A stretch of DNA of 64,000 nucleotides. Origin: Octopus vulgaris (lineage: Eukaryota). The position numbers and the translations under genes are program-made. Each line of letters starts with the position of its first letter. The first letter of the stretch is position 1. Shown here piece by piece: positions 56,750 to 64,000 of the stretch. The DNA lies in NCBI GenBank assembly GCA_951406725.2, contig OX597821.1:50344001-50408000 (forward strand), read 5' to 3'. Below the pieces are notes generated by a model that saw only the letters and a program-made list of their open reading frames with translations, was not told where the DNA came from and ran no database searches.

Positions 56750-57345
56750 AAGAAAAACGTTAAAAGCACATCCAAATGTGGGATGTAACTGGTCCTCTTA
56801 AGAGTACCCCACATTCATTGGACAATGAACTTTGCTTACAAAACCTGTTGAGACAAGTGTAAACAAACCAAAATCACTGACATGGCCGATAACAGTACTG
56901 CCTGACTGGCACTTGTGCCAGTGGAACGTTAAAAGCACATCCGAGCGTAATCGTTGCCAGGGCCATGGATTGGCTCCTGTGCCGGTGATACATGGAAAGC
57001 ACCATTCGAGCATGATCGTTGCCATTGTGAAAAACAACATTCGAGTGTGCTCATTGCCAGTGCCGCTGGACTGGCTCCCATGCAGGTAACATGTAAAAAT
57101 ACCTTTTGAGCGTTAGTGTGGTTGTTGCCAGAACCGCCTGACTGGCCCTCATGCTGGTGGCATGTAAAAAGCACCCACTACATTCTCAGAGTGGTTGGCA
57201 TTAGGAAGGGCATCCAACTGTAGAAACTTTACCAGGCCAGATTGAGCCTGGTGCAGCCTCTGGCTCACCAATCCTCAGTCAAACCGTCCAACCCATGCCA
57301 GCATGGAAAGTGGATGTTAAACGATGATGATGATGATGATGATGA
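56750..57345 (+). mobile_element. Family D repeat with several internal units of about 65 bp and a (GAT)n tail
   Basis: Matches 9236-9598. Confidence 0.8.
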
Positions 57346-57354
57346 TACATATAT

Positions 57355-57680
57355 ATCTTTCTTTTTTTTATCTTTTTACTTGTTTCAGTCATTTGACTGC
57401 AGCCATGCTGGGGCACCGCTTTGAAGAACTTTTAGTCAAATGAACTGATCTTAGTATTTTTTTTTTTATAAAGCTTGGTATTTATTCTATTGATCTCTTT
57501 TGTCAAACCACTAAGTTACACATACTTCTTTTAGTTTCTGTCTACCAAATCCACTCACAGGGCTTTGGTCAGCCTGAGGCTATAGAAGAAGACACTTGCC
57601 TGATGTGACATGCAGTGAGACTGAATGCAGAACCATGTGGTTGGGAAGCAAACTTTTTACCACATAGCTACACCTGTGCC
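57355..57680 (-). mobile_element. Family B SINE, internally deleted
   Basis: Reverse complement match. Confidence 0.7.
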
Positions 57681-57762
57681 TCACCTTTCTGAGCATCAAA
57701 CAAATACACCTGCTGGCTGTTTATACACCTGTCTTTGTCTTTTGTTTTCCTGTAAATTTCAA

Positions 57763-57799
<37 letters not shown>

Positions 57800-58445
57800 G
57801 TTCCTGATGCTGTTTTGCTGTTCTGACATCAGTCTTCAATAAAATCTATCTCTTGTAACTTCATGAATTTTGATTCATTCAATGGTCAGAGACAAGCTGA
57901 CTTCCCGCTTGTGAGATGAAACAAGACAGGTGCCACTGCTGGTTTTGGTTCTGGTAGGTATTTGCTTTACTATCAATAATACATTTCATGTTATAAATGT
58001 TGATGAAAAATTAGGAAATCTATAACATTGTTATTGCCAACTGTCAGACTATACAATGTAAGTTGGTTAATAAAAAGAAAATGCAAAAAAGTTTGAAGGC
58101 TTGCCAGAGTGGTGTAGCTAGTTAGTGTTTTATTGTTCACTGCAAAATGGCATTCACATACACAACAACAACAACAACAGCAGCAGCAGTAGTAGCAGTA
58201 GTAATAATAATACCAACAACAGTAACAACAACAATTATAATAATAAACTTTATTATAATAACCTCTAACATCATCATCATTTAAAGTCCACTTTTCCATG
58301 GTTGCACAGGTTGGAGAGAGTTTATTAAGATAGATTTTCTATAGTTGGATGCCTTCATGTCGCCAACCCTCACTTGTTCCCATAGCCAAACTTGTTCTTG
58401 AAGTATATTGGAAATGAAATGACACAGCTTGTATGATAGTGATGA

Positions 58446-58479
<34 letters not shown>

Positions 58480-58498
58480 GGTGGTGGTGGTGGTGGTG

Positions 58499-58537
<39 letters not shown>

Positions 58538-58853
58538 TTAATCATCATCATCATCATCATCTGTTTTCCATCTGGCATATGGTGGACAGTTTGACAGGAG
58601 GTTTGCACCAGGCCTTTTTTTGTGTGGCTGGAGCCATTCCTAATACCAACCACTGTAGCCTGGGTGCTTTTTTATATAGCACCAACATTGGTGGATCACC
58701 AAGTAACTTGCAAGACAAAGATCCTTTGAGAGGCGGGATGCTATTGGAAGAGGTGGCCATGTGCCAGGTGATGAGAGGTTAAAGTGTGACAGAGGGACAG
58801 AATCAGGTGTCTTGCTGTAGAGGAGATACATGGTTACTCCTGTCAGAGAGAGT

Positions 58854-58890
<37 letters not shown>

Positions 58891-59071
58891 TGTGTATGTT
58901 CAAGAATGAGAGAGAGTGAGAGTGTGAGAATGCAAGAGAGAACAAAGGTGAGAGAGAGAGATGATGGGGATGTGCCAAGGCATACTCTCAAGGAGTGGAA
59001 ATGAGAACATAAATGGGGTGGTAGAGTATTGCCAAGTGTGCATGGATCTTTACCCTTTGAACGGCAGATCA

Positions 59072-59798
59072 AGAAATTAATTTTTTGTTACTAAATACTT
59101 TTAAACTTCAGACACTGGTAGAATTGTCATATTAAAAACATCTTTTCCTCTTAGTGTTGTTGAGAAAAGTTTACATTTTCAAAGTTATTTCATGTTAAAA
59201 GTATTATTTATGACATATTTCATCTCAGTTATGTTTGTATGAATAAATGAATGTATCTGAAGCATGTTTACTTCATGGCAACACCACAATCGTCTGTGCA
59301 TTTCTACTGCTTTTAGTTTTTTTTCCTCTTTTTCAGCTAATATTTTCAGAAAAACTTTTATGCTCCCTCCCCCTCCCCACCAATTTCTTCATTTTTCACT
59401 TTTTTCCATAACTCTAACCCTAAAATCCCAACCCTAAAACTCCAATCCTAACCCCAACCCTAAAAACCTAACCCTAAGTCTAAATCCATAACCCTAACTC
59501 TAAAACCTTAACCCTAACCCTAAAACCAGTACAAAAGCATAAACGATGACATAAATAACAGTGACAAACGAAATATACACCGCCGATAGTTGTTGTTGAG
59601 AAACAACAGCAGTAATTTTATTCAGCTGAATACACAACATTGATTGGTTGAAATTATCGAAATATGACAACTTTAACATGAAATAGCTTCATACATAGAA
59701 ACTTTTCTCAACAACGCTAAGAGTAAAAGATGTTTTATATGACACATTCTACCAGTGCCCGAAGTTTGAAAGTGTTTAGTTACAAAAAATTAATTTCT
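59072..59798. mobile_element. Long-TIR non-autonomous element with internal telomere-like repeats
   Basis: TIRs of about 140 bp (agaaattaattttttgt.actaaa.actt...); degenerate CCCTAA array at 59409-59525. Confidence 0.85.
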
Positions 59799-60613
59799 CG
59801 TGTGCATAAGTAGGGAGTAAGGAGTTCACATGAATGCAAAAAGGTGAAGGTGGGGGCAAGGGCAATGCAATGACTGGTGAAACCTGGATATATAGAGATG
59901 TGGAAGAATGGGGGAGTGGATAACAGGATAGCAATGATACAGTGGGCAGGGCAGTGAAGACAGCATTGGGCTGCAGGAGTGTGGAGGAAGAGATAAGCAT
60001 AATCATAATGCATAAAAAAAGAGGAAACATGAGGAAGAGAAGAGAAGGTGTGGTTTAATTTATTGGGATAGGGTGTGTGAAAAAATTTTCTTGTTACAAA
60101 TTGGTGGACAACACAGAACTTCCAGAATCCAGTTTCACTGAAGTGGGTAGGTCTTCTCAAGAACCTCATATTGCCAGACATTTCAGTCCATTGTCCTCAC
60201 TACTTTATCCCTTGTTTTCTTGGGTTTCCCTCTTCCACAGGTGCCATCCAATTTTTTTATATACCAAATCCACTCACAAAGCTATAAGTCAGCCTGAGGC
60301 TTTAGTACATGACACTTACCTGAAGTGATATGCAGTAGGACTGAACCTGAAATTATGTGGTTGGAAAGCAAACTTCTTATCACACAGCAACACCTGCACA
60401 ATAATAATAATAATGGTTGCAAATTTTGGCACAAGGCCAGCAAGTTCAGGGGAGTGAGTAACCAGTGCTCAACTGGTACTTATTGCAAGGTCGACTCTGA
60501 AAAGATGAAAAGCAAAGGCAACCTCAGCAGAATTTGAACTCAGAAAAAAAAAGCTGGTTGACATGTTGCTAAGCATTTGTCTGGTGTGCTAACAATTCTG
60601 CTAGTTTGCTACC

Positions 60614-60614
<1 letters not shown>

Positions 60615-60698
<84 letters not shown>

Positions 60699-60733
60699 TG
60701 ATGATGATGATGATGATGATGATAATAATAATA

Positions 60734-60787
<54 letters not shown>

Positions 60788-60811
60788 GTAATAATAATAA
60801 TAACAATAATG

Positions 60812-60880
<69 letters not shown>
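60615..60880. repeat. (TAA)n microsatellite with TGA interruptions
   Basis: Direct reading. Confidence 0.95.
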
Positions 60881-61805
60881 GAAACAACAAAAGCTATAAA
60901 ACAAATGAAATCCAAACTAAAAATAGAACAGCAATGGACCATGATAAAACGATAGCAAGAAAACCCACTTCATGGCAAATACTGGGCTAAACTAAATGCA
61001 AAAGAAATAGACAGAGGAAAATCCCAGCAATGGTTGAGAAGCTCAGGACTCAAAGCAGAGACTGAAGGATTTTTAATTGCAGCACAAGATCAAAGCCTCT
61101 TCACCAGAAATTACCAAAAACATATAATGAAAAGAAACATAACAAGTAACTGCCGAATATGTGGAGATGGACAAGAAACAATAAATCATTCTGTCCCTGG
61201 CTGCCCAGTCCTTGCTAAGAAGGAATATATTCACAGACACGACAGAGTTGGGACTTTTATACACTGGAAGCTATGCCAACACTATGGAATAACAACACAA
61301 AAAAGATGGTATAAGCACACGCCAGAAAAGGTCACAGAAAATGAGAAAGCAACCATACTCTGGGATATGCCAATACACACAGATAGAGAAATTAAGGCCA
61401 GTAGGCCAGATATAGTTGTCAGAGATCATGAAAAAAAATGCTTTCTAATTGATATATCTATACCAGCAGATGACGTTTCTCTAAAAGAAATGGAAAAACT
61501 TTCAAAATACAAAGACCTGGAAATAGAGGTAACTCGAAAGTGGAATCTAAAAACAGAAACAATTCCTATCATAGTGGGCGCATTAGGTATGATAAAAAAA
61601 AAATTCAGACAAATACATAACAAAAACACCAGGACTTACAAGTATATATAACATACAGAAAATTGCACTACTGGACACAGCACACATCCTACGCAAAACA
61701 CTTTCAATACAGTAACCATCAGAGCATCACAACAAACCACAGCACATACCCAAGGCACACAGATGTGCTTTGTAGTGAAGTGAAAGCACATTATAAAAAT
61801 AAAAC
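60881..61805 (+). mobile_element. 5'-truncated R4/Dong-like non-LTR retrotransposon
   Basis: LKAETEGFLIAAQDQ, CRICG...ETINH..GC, RHD, RPDIVV...LIDISIP, EKLSKYKDL, PIIVGALG; sits in TAA repeats. Confidence 0.92.
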
Positions 61806-61822
61806 TATTGAATAATAATATA

Positions 61823-62765
61823 AACATAGTATGGAATGTAGAAAATGCCACAGAACCACTATTATTGGAAGTAAGAAGATCAGGCTTGTGTAGGATGGAA
61901 GATTGCAAAGATAAAGCACTATACAAGCACTTGAAAATGAATGAAACTGAAAATAGGTGGCTAAAGAAAAGAATGCATGGACAATATCATAGGGATGCTG
62001 AAGATAAGACAGACAGAGAAAAAAGATGGCTACGGATGACTAAAAGTGATTTAAAACCGGAAATGGAGGCTCTAATCTGTGCTGCCCAAGAGCAAGCATT
62101 ATGAACCAATTACATCAAATAGACAACACATCAGAAAGTGATAAGTGCAAAATCTGTGGACAAAATGGTGAAACCATATGGCATATTACCAGTCAATGTA
62201 TGCCACTATCCCAGAAAGAATATGAGACATCATGACAATATAGCAAGGATTGACCATTGGACACTTTGCAACAAGTATGGACTTGACAGAGCAAAAAAGT
62301 GGTACAAACATAAACCCGCAAGCATCATCGAATATGATAATGCAATGATCCTATGGGATTTTATGATTCAGTGTGACCGTGAGATAGAGAATAGGAAGCC
62401 AGACATAGTGTTAATTGAGAAAGAAAAAACTATGCTGGATCATAGATATAGGATGCCAAGCTGACAACAAGGTATGCAATAAGGAAGAAAGAAAAGTCAA
62501 TAGATATGACAGGTTAGCTCGAGAGGTTAAGCAGTTGTGGTCGATATTTGTCGGAGCCCTGAGAACAGTGAGTAAAAATCTTGAGAATTACATGGAACAA
62601 ATAGGGGCTGCAATAAGGGTGGAGTACTTGCAGAAAACAACACTGCTTGAAACCGCTTGAATACACCGGATGGTGTTCAAAAAATAAGGGGTGTTATCTT
62701 AGTTCACTGGTAGTGAACAGCTGGCACCGTAGTACATCTCCAGCATTAGAAGCTGTGCAAAGACA
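61823..62765 (+). mobile_element. Second, divergent 5'-truncated R4/Dong-like element
   Basis: MHGQY...LKPEMEALICAAQEQAL, CKICG, RHHDNIA, ILWDFMIQCDREIENRKPDIVL; followed by (TAA)n. Confidence 0.9.
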
Positions 62766-62768
62766 ATA

Positions 62769-62809
<41 letters not shown>

Positions 62810-62814
62810 CAATC

Positions 62815-63250
62815 TTTTGTACTATAAGCACAAGGCCTAAAATTGTTGGGGAGAGGGATAGTCAATTACATCGGCCTCAGTACATAACTGGTATTTATTT
62901 CATCAATCCCAAAAGAATGAAAGGCAAAGTTGACCTTGGCAGAATTTGAGTTCAGAATGTAAGGATGGACAAAATGCTGCTTAACTATTTCAGCCGACAT
63001 TTTAATGATTCTGCCAGCTCGCCACCTTAATGATAATAATAATGGTTTCAAATTTTTCCACAAGAGCAGCAATTTTGGGGGAGAGGATGAGTCAATCCCA
63101 GAGTCAATCCCAGTGGTACTTATTTTATTGACCCTGAAAGGATGCAAGGTAAATTTGACCTCAGCGGAATTTTGAACTCAGAACGTAGCAATGGGTGAAT
63201 ACTGCTAAGTAGTTTGTCCAGTGTGCTAACGATTCTGCCAGCTCACCTCC
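62815..63250 (-). mobile_element. Two tandem family A SINEs among TAA/CAA repeats
   Basis: Family A core twice. Confidence 0.8.
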
Positions 63251-63254
63251 TCAA

Positions 63255-63420
<166 letters not shown>

Positions 63421-64000
63421 AGTTTCTGATTCAGGACAAGGCCAGCATTTTTGAGGGGAAGTGGAATTAGTTGTTAATATGAGCCCCACTACTTGACTGC
63501 CACAATCTAAATGTACCCAGTTTCCAAAGATTTTGTGAAGAATTTTGCTGAATAGAGCATGACAATTTTCTGCAAGTTAGTTATCAAGATCTCAATTTCA
63601 TTGCCTCCATGTTTTGAACAAAAATTTCATTGTTCCTCAATGACTTCTGGACTAAATTACACTCACATATTCAAATTTTCTCAATTCTGAATTTCAAATA
63701 CTAAACATTATTGTTTCATTCATATCAGTTTCACTAACATTGGGTGTAGCAAAATATATGATCATTTATATTTTGCTTCTCTTTTCATTACACCCACTCC
63801 AACCTACTGCAATTGTAAATGATCTCCTCTGTACTTCTATTTACAAGCACCCATAGTCACTTACAATGGTCTTTTTAATAACAGTTTCTTAGAGACATTT
63901 TATCATTCATTTTTTTAATCTTTTATTTATTTCACTAATTCAACTGCAGCCATGCTGGGGCACTGCCATAAAGGGTTTAGTCAAATAAAGTTATCTCATT

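Noticed and set aside
56750-57180. CRISPR-like spaced repeats (also 9236-9440)
   Set aside because: Whole units are similar to each other, with no unique spacers; eukaryotic repeat context and no cas genes
59409-59525. True telomere or chromosome fusion site
   Set aside because: Short, degenerate, single orientation and enclosed by TIRs
61034-61651. Longest ORF (205 aa) as a host gene
   Set aside because: It is the zinc-knuckle/RLE end of a truncated non-LTR retrotransposon with a frameshift near its end

Overview
AT-rich, repeat-saturated eukaryotic genomic DNA; the SINE set, microsatellite load and LINE mix suggest an octopod cephalopod (inferred, not verified). No intact host protein-coding gene can be supported: almost all listed ORFs are translated microsatellites, SINEs or decayed transposons. 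Recognisable content: many tRNA-headed SINEs of about four families; remnants of Penelope (RT + GIY-YIG), R4/Dong-like (restriction-like endonuclease, in TAA repeats), CR1, RTE, Tx1/L1 and Gypsy retroelements; mariner/Tc1, hAT and TTAA-type MITEs; non-autonomous Helitrons; and a CpG-retaining, TE-poor island at about 16.4-20.2 kb that looks like a promoter/first exon. The most notable structure is a set of long hairpins and direct repeats, mostly next to (TA)n runs, that carry minimal hammerhead-ribozyme motifs with palindromic stem-III loops. One has an intact core (25178-25259). Many cluster around a Penelope remnant at 22-35 kb. There is also a long-TIR element carrying internal telomere-like repeats (59072-59798). 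Coordinates were read by eye and repeat boundaries are approximate.
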